DNA of 35,324 nt from positions 1 through 35,324 of the IMG/VR virus record IMGVR_UViG_3300036855_000043. One strand, 5' to 3'. Of this stretch, positions 15,782 to 24,482 are shown one piece after another. Every line of letters begins with the position of its first letter. Positions within the stretch are counted from its first letter, which is position 1. Below the pieces are notes generated by a model. The model ran no database searches, was not told the origin of the DNA, and worked only from the letters and a program-made list of their open reading frames with translations. Made by a program: the position numbers and the translations under genes. The stretch comes from a virus (lineage: Duplodnaviria; Caudoviricetes).

Positions 15782-16995
15782 CGGCGTTCCAGAGCGTGGC
15801 CAGCGCGCTGTCGCGCGTCTCGCGTCGCGACATCTTCGCTCGCCAGGGCATCCCCGCCGAGGGCCTCGTCGGCCCGGGCGCCCTGCCCATCTACATCGAC
15901 CAGCAGACGGCGACCCGGATCATCGCCGTGCACGCGGCATGGAGCCTGCTCGCCGACGCTGTCGCGCTTCTGCCCATCGACGTCGTCCAGGCGGTCGGCG
16001 ATCGTCGCGTGCCGCAGCCATCGCCGGAGTGGCTGACCAACCCGGACCCGTTCGACCCGTCGGTCACAACCGAGGACCACTTCACGCAGGTCGTGGTGTC
16101 GATGGCCAGCGACGGGAACGCGTTCACCCTGGCACTGCCAGAGGTCGCCGACGCGGCATCGCTCACGGTGCTCGATCCGACGCGGGTCGAGGTCAAGAAG
16201 GCAGGCGCCGAGCCCAAGTACCGCTACCACCCGCCCGATGGCGGGCTCGAGGTGCTCGGCGCGGACCAGATCATCCACATCAGCCGACTGCGGAGGCCCG
16301 GCCAGCTGCGCGGGCTGTCGCCGATCGACGAGGCCGGCCAAGCGCTGGGCAAGATGCGCGCCGCCGACCAGATGGGCAACCGTGTCTTCACCAACGCGGT
16401 GATCCTGGGCGGCATGGTCACGGTCCCGGGACCGATGACCTCCGACGAGCTGGGCGACCTGCGTAAGCAGATCCAGGAGCAGTACACCGGCGCCAACGCC
16501 GGCAAGTTCGGCATCTTCGCCAACGGCTCGACCTTCGGCTATCCCGAGATCGACATCGAAAAGATGTCGCTCATGGCGATGCTCGGCTGGGGCGTCATCG
16601 AGGTCGCCCGGATCTACCACATCCCGCCGCACATGCTCGGCGACAACTCCCCTGGCTCGATGTCGCACGGCTCGGTCGAGCAGCAGTACATCGAGTTCAC
16701 CGACATGGGCGTGCGGCCCTACGTCGAGCGGATTGAGCCCGCCTACAGGCGTCTCCTGCCGGTCGACCACCAGCTGCGCTTCAACCTCGACGCCAAGGTC
16801 CGCGCGGACATCTTCGCCCGTTACCAGGCCTACGCCCTGGCCCTGCAGAACAAGATCGCCAGTCGCGACGAGATCCGCGCCAAGGAAGACTGGCCGGCTG
16901 CGGACGAGGCGCTCGGCGTCGATACGGAGAACGGCGGCTTCCTCGAGACGCCCAACAACAACTTCGTCGGGCAGCCGCCCGTAGTAGCGAGGTAA
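15778..16995 (+). CDS. HK97-family portal protein
   Basis: GNAF, IIHI..GLSPI, EVARIYHIPPHMLG, DEIRAKED motifs. Confidence 0.93.
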   Translation: MTAFQSVASALSRVSRRDIFARQGIPAEGLVGPGALPIYIDQQTATRIIAVHAAWSLLADAVALLPIDVVQAVGDRRVPQPSPEWLTNPDPFDPSVTTEDHFTQVVVSMASDGNAFTLALPEVADAASLTVLDPTRVEVKKAGAEPKYRYHPPDGGLEVLGADQIIHISRLRRPGQLRGLSPIDEAGQALGKMRAADQMGNRVFTNAVILGGMVTVPGPMTSDELGDLRKQIQEQYTGANAGKFGIFANGSTFGYPEIDIEKMSLMAMLGWGVIEVARIYHIPPHMLGDNSPGSMSHGSVEQQYIEFTDMGVRPYVERIEPAYRRLLPVDHQLRFNLDAKVRADIFARYQAYALALQNKIASRDEIRAKEDWPAADEALGVDTENGGFLETPNNNFVGQPPVVAR

Positions 16996-16999
16996 CCCC

Positions 17000-17932
17000 A
17001 TGCACGAGCGAGCGATCCCGATCGCAGCCGAGTTCGAGATCCGGTCGACGGCCGATGGCCACCAGTTCGAGGGCTACGCCGCCGTCTTCGGCGCACAGTC
17101 GTCTCCCCTGCCGTACACCGAGACGGTCCAGGCCGGCGCATTCGCGCGCAGCCTGCAGATGCCACCCAACGGCCGCCAGACCTTCACGGTCGACCACGAC
17201 GACACGAAGCTGCTCAGCTCGACCAGGACGGGCAACCTGCACCTGTCAGAGGACAGCCACGGCCTGCACGTCGAGTCGAACTGGCCGGACACGAGCTACG
17301 CCCGCGACGTGCGCGAGCTGCACGAGGCCAACGAGCTCGGCGGCATGTCGTTCGAGTTCTCGGCGACGGCCAAGGGCGCGCCGTTCAGCTCAGACAAGAA
17401 GAGCCGCAACATCCGCGAGGCGAAGCTCTACAACGTCACGGTCCTGACGGGCAAGACGCCGGCGTACAGCGCCACGACGGCCGGCTTCCGGGCGCTGGGC
17501 GAGCAGCTCGGCGCGACGTTCGACGACGTCGTCGCGCTCTTCGATGCGATCCGCGAGGGCCGCAAGCTGACGGTCACCGAGCACAGCCTGCTCATCCGCG
17601 CCGTGCTGCCGGTGGTGCCCTACGAGCTGCGCTATAGCGGCGCCGCCTGGGACGCTTCGTCAGCCGCCTACTCGCTCGCCGGCATCCTCTCGATCATGTC
17701 CGACGAGGCGGCCGAGGCCGACCAGCTGGCCATGCTCAAGACCGCCGCGGACGCAATGCAGCAGTTCATCACTGCCGAGGCGGGCGAGGTCGGAGGCGCG
17801 CAGGACGCGCTCGAGTCCGGCTATGCCCAGGTCAGCGACGTGACCGTCGGCGTCACCGTTACGTCCAACTCACGACCGAACCTCGCCGAAGCGCGAGAGC
17901 TCTGGCCAACTCTTCACACCGCCAACAACTAG
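17000..17932 (+). CDS. HK97-type prohead protease with C-terminal extension
   Basis: FEGYAAVF, GAFARSL, DHD, EDSHGL, GGMSFEF, PAYSAT motifs. Confidence 0.92.
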   Translation: MHERAIPIAAEFEIRSTADGHQFEGYAAVFGAQSSPLPYTETVQAGAFARSLQMPPNGRQTFTVDHDDTKLLSSTRTGNLHLSEDSHGLHVESNWPDTSYARDVRELHEANELGGMSFEFSATAKGAPFSSDKKSRNIREAKLYNVTVLTGKTPAYSATTAGFRALGEQLGATFDDVVALFDAIREGRKLTVTEHSLLIRAVLPVVPYELRYSGAAWDASSAAYSLAGILSIMSDEAAEADQLAMLKTAADAMQQFITAEAGEVGGAQDALESGYAQVSDVTVGVTVTSNSRPNLAEARELWPTLHTANN

Positions 17933-17934
17933 CT

Positions 17935-18012
17935 CGGCGCGGAGCCGGTCCGGGTACGGCGCGGAGCCCCTGCAGGGCCACCAACCGCAACACCAACCGC
18001 GGCCACCAACCG
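17935..18012 (+). repeat. Short direct repeats in the capsid gene leader
   Basis: CGGCGCGGAGCC at 17935 and 17957; CACCAACCG at 17979, 17991 and 18004. Confidence 0.8.
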
Positions 18013-18053
18013 ACGTTGTCAGGAAACCCCACTGAATCGCTAGGAAAGGAACC

Positions 18054-19634
18054 ATGCGCTTCAAGCACGGCATCTCTCTCGGGCGCTACCTCACGGCAGT
18101 TCTGTCGCCGGCGATCGCCCTCGCAAGCTTCCTCGGACTGGTCGGCATCGGCCCGCTCGGGTTCACGCCCGATGGCGGCGATGGTGGCGGCGCGCCGCTC
18201 GGCGTGCTCGACCGCCTCAAGGCCAAGCGCGACGCCGCGCTGACCGCTGCCCGGGCACTCGTCACAGGTGCCGAGGCCGAGGACCGCGACCTCACCGACG
18301 ATGAGCTGGCCAAGATCAAAGAGCACCGCTCTGACGTCGACAAGCGCGACGGCCAGATCGCGGAGCTCGAGCAGCTCGAGCAGCGCCAGGCACGGGCCAA
18401 CCAGGCAGGCTCCATGAGCCAGCCGGGCCAGCCTCTCGCGGCCGCAAGTGCGCCGCACGTCCAGGTCACCCGCAACGAGTCGACCTACCGCCCTGGTGGC
18501 GAGACCTCGTTCCTGCGCGACATCTACTCGGCCCAGCGCGGCGACTATGCCGCGGCCGAGCGCCTGCAGCGCAACAACAAGGAGCAGGGCGAGATCGAGC
18601 AGCGGCGCTTCGCCGAGGCTCGCGCCAAGAGCTCAGCACTCGGTGCCGAGTTCGCCGGCGAGTCGATCCCGGAGCTCCGCGACGGCACCACCGGCTCGAC
18701 GTCGATGGGCTCGTTCATCCCGCCCGTGTGGCTGGTCGACGAGTTCGCGGCGAAGGCTCGCGTGGGCCGCGTCCTCGCGCCCTTCATGCGTGACGGCGGC
18801 TTCCCGACCACCAACTCGATCACCATCCCGCGAGCCACGACCGGCTCGTCCGTGGCCGGCCAGGCCGGTGACAATGCAGGCGTCTCCGAGACGGACATCG
18901 TCACCTCCCAGCTGACCCGCTCGACGGTCACGATCGCGGGCCAGCAGGACGTCAGCATCCAGTCCCTGGACCTGTCGCCCTACCCGGTCGACCAGATCAT
19001 CTTTGCCGACCTCGAGGCTGCCTACCAGGCCGAGCTTGATCGCCAGATCATGCGCGGCTCGGGCACCAACGAGCTGCTCGGCATCGACCAGGTCTCGAGC
19101 ATCGGCGCGGTGGCCTACACCGACGCCAGCCCGACGGTCCCCGAGGCATACCCGAAGCTGGCCAACGCCTGGCAGACGGTTGCCACCGCCCGGTTCCTGC
19201 CGGCGGATCTCGTGTCCATGCACCCGCGCCGCTGGGCGTGGTTCCTGGCCTCGCTCGACTCGAGCAACCGGCCGCTGATCCCCGCCGTCGCCGGCGGACC
19301 GCTCAGCACCACGGTCGGCCAGAACGTGATCGCGCGCTACGACAGCAACGCCGCCCAGGGCATGGTCGGCGAGCTGTTCGGCACGCCGATCGTGACCACG
19401 GCCAGCCACGCCACGAACCTCGGTGCGGGCACCGAGGACCAGGTCATCCTCGCCCGAACGGCGGACATGATCCTGATGGAGAGCCCGCGTCGCACCCGGA
19501 TCCTGCAGGAGGTCCTCTCGGGCAACCTGACCGTCCGGCTGCAGCTCTACAGCTACGTCAACTTCTTCGCCGGCCGGTATCCGGGCGGCATCTGCCGGGT
19601 CTACGACACCGGCTTCATCGCACCGACCTTCTAG
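18054..19634 (+). CDS. HK97-fold major capsid protein with delta-domain and hydrophobic leader
   Basis: AGGAAAGGA RBS; coiled-coil N-terminal region, GSFIPP, MHPRRW..DSSNRPL, GELFGTPIV. Confidence 0.92.
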   Translation: MRFKHGISLGRYLTAVLSPAIALASFLGLVGIGPLGFTPDGGDGGGAPLGVLDRLKAKRDAALTAARALVTGAEAEDRDLTDDELAKIKEHRSDVDKRDGQIAELEQLEQRQARANQAGSMSQPGQPLAAASAPHVQVTRNESTYRPGGETSFLRDIYSAQRGDYAAAERLQRNNKEQGEIEQRRFAEARAKSSALGAEFAGESIPELRDGTTGSTSMGSFIPPVWLVDEFAAKARVGRVLAPFMRDGGFPTTNSITIPRATTGSSVAGQAGDNAGVSETDIVTSQLTRSTVTIAGQQDVSIQSLDLSPYPVDQIIFADLEAAYQAELDRQIMRGSGTNELLGIDQVSSIGAVAYTDASPTVPEAYPKLANAWQTVATARFLPADLVSMHPRRWAWFLASLDSSNRPLIPAVAGGPLSTTVGQNVIARYDSNAAQGMVGELFGTPIVTTASHATNLGAGTEDQVILARTADMILMESPRRTRILQEVLSGNLTVRLQLYSYVNFFAGRYPGGICRVYDTGFIAPTF

Positions 19635-19652
19635 GCCGAAGCGAGAACCGAT

Positions 19653-19692
19653 CCCGAGGGCGAGCCCCAGCGCTCGCCCTCGGGCCTTCTTC
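19653..19692 (+). terminator. Stem-loop after the capsid gene (probable terminator/stabiliser)
   Basis: CCCGAGGGCGAGC-N6-GCTCGCCCTCGGG 13-bp perfect stem followed by ccttcttc. Confidence 0.7.
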
Positions 19693-19723
19693 CCTGCCAA
19701 TCAACTGAGTACAGGAGCCTTCT

Positions 19724-20290
19724 GTGAGCGCACGACATCCCGAGCCGATCACGGACGCCTACCTCTTGGAAGGCGGCCCATCGGCGTTCCTCAAGGAGAA
19801 CTTCGGCCGCTATTTCGCGGCCTCGAACTGCGCGGCATTGGCAACTGGCGTGATGACGGCCGTCGCCCTGCCGCTGCGCACCGGCCAGACGGTGACGTCG
19901 CTGACCTTCGTGTCAGGCGCCACGGCAGCCGGCACGCCAACGCACTGGTGGTTCGCCCTGTACTCCAACGCCGCGACGCCGGCGCTGCTGGCCCAGAGCG
20001 CCGATCAGACGAGCGGCGCATGGGCGGCACACACGGCCAAGACGCTTGCCCTGGCGACGCCGCAGCTCGTTACCGCCGACGGCATCTACTACGCCGCCGT
20101 GATGGTCACCGCGACCACGCCGCCGACGCTCGAGGGCATCACGCTCGAGAACGCTGTCGCCGCGGGAGCCATCGTCACGGGCATGGCCGTCCTGGCACAG
20201 ACCTCGGGCTCAGCCCTGGCTGCCTCGGCGCCAGCCACGATCGCGACACCGACGACGGTCGCGACCGTGCCCTACGTCGTCGCCCAGTAG
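19724..20290 (+). CDS. Putative head decoration / beta-rich structural protein
   Basis: AGGAG RBS; Ala/Thr-rich beta pattern; directly after the capsid gene. Confidence 0.65.
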   Translation: MSARHPEPITDAYLLEGGPSAFLKENFGRYFAASNCAALATGVMTAVALPLRTGQTVTSLTFVSGATAAGTPTHWWFALYSNAATPALLAQSADQTSGAWAAHTAKTLALATPQLVTADGIYYAAVMVTATTPPTLEGITLENAVAAGAIVTGMAVLAQTSGSALAASAPATIATPTTVATVPYVVAQ

Positions 20291-20302
20291 CTCGGAGGAC
20301 CA

Positions 20303-20653
20303 ATGCCGACCGCACGCAAGACGGCGCCGAAGCCGGCGCCCCAGCCGGCCGCGGAGCCGGTCGACCAGCCTGCTGCCCCGGTGGGCATCATCCACCCCGA
20401 CGGCGGCTTCCATCCCGACAGCAACGGCCTTGGCCAGGGCGACGACCCCGGCGTGGCCAGCGCCGAGGAGCAGAACCAGGCCGAGATCAACGGCTTGCTC
20501 GAGGCCAGGCGCTTCGCCTTGGCCAAGGACAAGGACGGCCAAGTCAAGGCCATCGACGCGTCGCTCAAGCGTCGCGGCTATAAGGCCGAGCACGCCGTCG
20601 CGCCGAAAGACGCGGCTGTCGAGCAGGCAGTCGTCGAACCCGAAGACCAGTAG
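20303..20653 (+). CDS. Hypothetical head-region protein
   Basis: GGAGG RBS; low-complexity N-terminus. Confidence 0.75.
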   Translation: MPTARKTAPKPAPQPAAEPVDQPAAPVGIIHPDGGFHPDSNGLGQGDDPGVASAEEQNQAEINGLLEARRFALAKDKDGQVKAIDASLKRRGYKAEHAVAPKDAAVEQAVVEPEDQ

Positions 20654-20668
20654 GCGGAGGCGAGGCTC

Positions 20669-21520
20669 GTGTCCGTCGCCCAGACGAAGCTCGTAGGAGC
20701 TCTCAACAACTCGGCCACGAGCCTCACTGTCTCCGATGCGCTCGGCTTTGCGAGCTCGATGGAATCGGACGACCTGATCCAGATCGATGATGAGTACCTG
20801 CTCGTCACGGCCGGTCTCGGCACGACGGGCTGGACCGTCAGCCGCGGCTATGCCGGATCGGCGGCAGCGTCCCACCTTGACGCCGCGACGGTCACGCGTC
20901 TCGAGCGCGGCTACACCGATGCCTCGCGCATCAACAAGATGGCCAAGGCGGACATCGCCGACGCCTCGTACCTGCAGGACTGCGCCGACCAGGCCAACAG
21001 CTGGCTGAACAGCGAGGTCGGCCAGTTCTACGGCCCGTCGACGGACACGCAGCGGACCTACGACGTCGAGTCGATCTCGAAGACGCTCAAGATCCCGGGC
21101 GGCATCCGCTCGCTGACGACGCTCGAGATCAAGACCTACACCTCGGAATCGACCTGGCACGCGGTTGCCGCCGGCGACATCTTCCTGCGGCCGCATCCCT
21201 GGGACCGGCTCGATGGCCTCGTGGCGGACAAGATCGTGCTTGCGGACTTCCCGACCGGCCAGTACTGGTTCTTCTACTACGGCAGCGACGTCGTCCGGCC
21301 GACGGGCGTCTTCGGGCCGCCCGAGCCGCCGAACACGCTGCGGCGCATCGCCGATTCGGTCGGCTGGTGGCTGTACCAGTCACGCGACGCCGGCGGCACG
21401 GGCATCATCGGCCAGCTCGACACAGGCGAGCTCGTGGTCAACCACGTGCTCACCGCGATGGACGTGCGCACCATCCAGCTCTACCGCAACTCGTCCGGCA
21501 CGTACAGCTACGTCGGCTGA
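20669..21520 (+). CDS. Head-tail adaptor with an extra N-terminal beta domain
   Basis: Helical connector motifs (LQDCADQANSWLNSEVG, PNTLRRIA..WLYQSRD) and synteny. Confidence 0.75.
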   Translation: MSVAQTKLVGALNNSATSLTVSDALGFASSMESDDLIQIDDEYLLVTAGLGTTGWTVSRGYAGSAAASHLDAATVTRLERGYTDASRINKMAKADIADASYLQDCADQANSWLNSEVGQFYGPSTDTQRTYDVESISKTLKIPGGIRSLTTLEIKTYTSESTWHAVAAGDIFLRPHPWDRLDGLVADKIVLADFPTGQYWFFYYGSDVVRPTGVFGPPEPPNTLRRIADSVGWWLYQSRDAGGTGIIGQLDTGELVVNHVLTAMDVRTIQLYRNSSGTYSYVG

Positions 21521-22065
21521 TGGCCACACCGAAGGGCTCGGGCGCCGGCTACGCGAGCGGTCCGTTCGCTATCCAGATCGGACTCAACCCGGCGAGCTAC
21601 GACCGCGCGATCAAGGCGCTCGATCGCTACAAGGGCGCGCCGCTCGCCAAGCGAGAGGCCGAGGCAGCGCAGAAGACGGCCAACGTGGCACTCGCCGCGA
21701 TCAAGCGCAACACGCCAATCGCCCGCGAGGGCGAGCTCGGACCCGACTCAATCCGAGGCGAGCTGCTGGCCAAGACCAGAGTGCGAAAGCTCAAGCCTCG
21801 AACCACGCTCCATGTCGGATCGGTCGGGATTCAGCTGACTGGACTCGCGGGTCTCGTGGCCAACGCGGGCGAGGTGGCCGCTTATGCCGCCGGCTCGACA
21901 TCTCCCGTCACGCACCTAGTGGTGCCCGGGCACCGCAACGTCACGCACCTGGGCCGCGACACAGGCTCGCGAACCGCGCCTGAGCCCTATGTCGACGAGG
22001 CAATCGAGCCGATCCTAGGCGAGCTCGAGTCGTTTATGGCCGAGCAGGTCGAGAGGCTGGCCTAG
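21520..22065 (+). CDS. Tail completion protein (HK97 gp10-like)
   Basis: IKRNTPI..G.L..HLV..GH..PEPYVDEA pattern; TGATG overlap. Confidence 0.7.
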   Translation: MATPKGSGAGYASGPFAIQIGLNPASYDRAIKALDRYKGAPLAKREAEAAQKTANVALAAIKRNTPIAREGELGPDSIRGELLAKTRVRKLKPRTTLHVGSVGIQLTGLAGLVANAGEVAAYAAGSTSPVTHLVVPGHRNVTHLGRDTGSRTAPEPYVDEAIEPILGELESFMAEQVERLA

Positions 22066-22515
22066 ATGGACTTCCAGGCGGTCGCCGACGCCATCGCGCT
22101 GCGTCTCGACCAGGACCACATCACGCCGCCGACGGACCAGGAGGCGATCAAGCTCTCGACCGCGCGACTGCCGGCGTCGATCAAGAACGAGCCGGTCGTC
22201 CTCGTGCTGCCGCCGACGATCGCGTTCAACCTCCCCTCGGCGCGCCTGCATACGGGGTCGGCAACCTACCCGGTGCGCTTCTACCTCAACGCCTATGCGC
22301 GCAACCAGGAGTGGAACACCGCTCTCCTGCACAGCTGGCCGAGCCAGTTCTACACGGCCTTCGACGCCCAGGCGGACTTCCAGCTCGGGCTCGACACCTA
22401 CGTGACGGGCACCTACATCAGCTCGTCGACGCCGGGCACGATCCGCTACGGCGGCAAGCCCTACTACGGCCTGGCGATGACCGTCGTCGTCAACTTCTCG
22501 GAAGTGATCGCGTGA
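22066..22515 (+). CDS. Putative tail terminator
   Basis: 149 aa, synteny, terminal YYGLAMTVVV strand. Confidence 0.65.
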   Translation: MDFQAVADAIALRLDQDHITPPTDQEAIKLSTARLPASIKNEPVVLVLPPTIAFNLPSARLHTGSATYPVRFYLNAYARNQEWNTALLHSWPSQFYTAFDAQADFQLGLDTYVTGTYISSSTPGTIRYGGKPYYGLAMTVVVNFSEVIA

Positions 22516-22528
22516 AGGAGCCTCGAAC

Positions 22529-22786
22529 GTGACGAAGATCTACCCGCACCCGGATCTTTCCGCACGGAAGGAATACCTGCCCGGCGTCGGCATCGACGGT
22601 GCGGATGTGCCGGCCGCCGAGGCGGCGAGCCTGGTCGAGCGCGGCCTGGCCGTCACCGTCAAGCCGAAGAACGCCCAGCCCTTCCACAACGCTGAGCCGG
22701 TCAAGCTCGAGGCCGCTCCGAAGCCACGCAAGCCGAAGGCCAAGCCGGTCCAGAAGACCGCGCCGACGCCGCCAGCCGAGGAGTAA
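22529..22786 (+). CDS. Small hypothetical protein before the tail tube gene
   Basis: AAGGAG RBS; EAASLVERGLA motif and Lys/Pro tail. Confidence 0.7.
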   Translation: MTKIYPHPDLSARKEYLPGVGIDGADVPAAEAASLVERGLAVTVKPKNAQPFHNAEPVKLEAAPKPRKPKAKPVQKTAPTPPAEE

Positions 22787-22789
22787 CCC

Positions 22790-23794
22790 GTGACCGCGCC
22801 AGGCACACAGCGATTCACCTATCTGCAGTCGGGCAAGGAGACGGTCGCCGGAACCGCCGTCGCCGCTACCCGGCCGTGGTACCCGGACGGCTCCGGCTTC
22901 ATCGACATCGACCCGATGCTCATGAAGCACGGCGGCAACCGCGGCACGCGTACCGCCCTGGCCTACGTCACCAGCCAGGGCGTCATGGTCGAGATCCCGT
23001 TCAAGAGCCACGCTGACCGGCCGATCGCCTACGACGAGCTGATCTACCTCGGCAGCCAGCTCAAGGGCGGCGTCTCAGGCACTGGCGGCGCGGCCGACAA
23101 GACGTGGATCCACGCGCCGTCGCAGACCGGCGCCAACGCGCAGGAGAGCTTCACGCTCGAGGCGGGCGACGACGTCCAGGGCTGGCAGTTCCCCTACGGC
23201 CAGATGACCGACTGGACGCTGTCGGCCTCGAACACGGGCATGACCGACGCCCAGGCCAACTGGTTCGCCCAGCAGCCGGTCAAGGCCTCGAAGACGAGCC
23301 TTACCGCCAACCAGGCAGTGATGATCCCGGGCTACCTGTGGAAGATGCGTTTCGCGGCCGCGCAGTCCGGCCTGTCGGGTGCCACTGACAACACGGTCAA
23401 CCTGATCGACTGGAATCTCAACGTCGTCACCGGTCTGGTGCGTCGCAAGAACATGACCGGCAGCCCGTACTTCGACCGCACTGTCGAGGCCGCCGACATC
23501 TCCGGCGTGCTGACGCTGCATGTCGAGTCGACCGCGGCCGCGGTGTCGGAGTTCTACGACAAGTTCTACGGCGAGATCGTGGACTTCGCCCAGCTCAAGG
23601 CCGTCGGGCCGACCCTCGGCGGCAGCAACTACTCGAGCCAGATCCAGATGGCGCTCATCTACACGATGGTCAAGCCGATCAGCGCCGCCGACCAGGGCGT
23701 GAACCTGTACGAGATCACGGCCGAGCTGACGGCCGACCCGACCTGGAACCAGTCCATCGCCATGACTACGGTCTGCTCGGCCACCGCCTACTAA
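22790..23794 (+). CDS. Major tail tube protein
   Basis: QSGKETVAGTAV start, SFTLEAG, beta-rich 334 aa, upstream of chaperone and tape measure. Confidence 0.85.
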   Translation: MTAPGTQRFTYLQSGKETVAGTAVAATRPWYPDGSGFIDIDPMLMKHGGNRGTRTALAYVTSQGVMVEIPFKSHADRPIAYDELIYLGSQLKGGVSGTGGAADKTWIHAPSQTGANAQESFTLEAGDDVQGWQFPYGQMTDWTLSASNTGMTDAQANWFAQQPVKASKTSLTANQAVMIPGYLWKMRFAAAQSGLSGATDNTVNLIDWNLNVVTGLVRRKNMTGSPYFDRTVEAADISGVLTLHVESTAAAVSEFYDKFYGEIVDFAQLKAVGPTLGGSNYSSQIQMALIYTMVKPISAADQGVNLYEITAELTADPTWNQSIAMTTVCSATAY

Positions 23795-23859
23795 CCCCAC
23801 CCACGACCATGCCGGGCGGACCGAGCACCGCCCGGCGACCCTTGCTCGGAGGGCCCCCT

Positions 23860-24312
23860 TTGGCTGAAATCGAATACGACTTGAACAACCGGCCGGATTG
23901 GATCCTGCATATCGACCTGCCGGGCGGCCAGTGGGGCGACCTGCTCGTCCGCCTGCCCTACGACCGGGCGATGCTCATGGAGACCGCCTTCGAGCGCGAA
24001 CAGCGCGCGGGTTCGCCGAACTCGGGCCTCGTAACAGCCTGCCTGAAGGCGCATTTCGTGCGCGGGCAGTTCATCCACACGCTGACCAAGCAGTGGACGG
24101 GCGAGATGGGGATGGCCGATGCGCCGGTCGTGGCGACGCTCGCCAACCGCGCCTACGAGCTGTACTTCGCCTGGCGCGTGGAGGCGTTCCCAAAAGGCCA
24201 GGGCCAGACGGACAGCCCGACAGGGGGCCAGACGGATACCCCGTCGCCGGACCTCGCGAGCGCCGCGCCAGAGCCCTCCGCACTCTCTTCGGAACCGGCT
24301 CCGGCGTCCTAG
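23860..24312 (+). CDS. Tail assembly chaperone (G-like)
   Basis: GGAGG RBS then TTG; between tail tube and tape measure genes; slippery site near the 3' end. Confidence 0.75.
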   Translation: MAEIEYDLNNRPDWILHIDLPGGQWGDLLVRLPYDRAMLMETAFEREQRAGSPNSGLVTACLKAHFVRGQFIHTLTKQWTGEMGMADAPVVATLANRAYELYFAWRVEAFPKGQGQTDSPTGGQTDTPSPDLASAAPEPSALSSEPAPAS

Positions 24313-24482
24313 ACCGCGACACCCGCTCGGCGCTCTTCCTGTCGCGCCACCCGGCCTGGACGGCGCAGGACCTGGGCTACCCAGCGGCCGACTACATCCT
24401 CTACGACCTGATCTCCCTCGCCGACACCATCGCCGCCGAGGTGGCCAACGCGGCAGCAGCAAAGCACGACCGGAGACGCTGA
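24189..24482 (+). other. -1 programmed frameshift site (C CCA AAA) and GT-like extension
   Basis: Heptamer at 24189-24195 in X XXY YYZ register; -1 frame open to TGA 24482, abutting the tape measure start. Confidence 0.8.

Noticed and set aside
15070-17001. Long minus-strand ORFs (e.g. 643 aa here, 3067..4515, 10354..11544, 18633..19700)
   Set aside because: Antisense shadows of well-supported plus-strand genes in a high-GC genome; no motifs.
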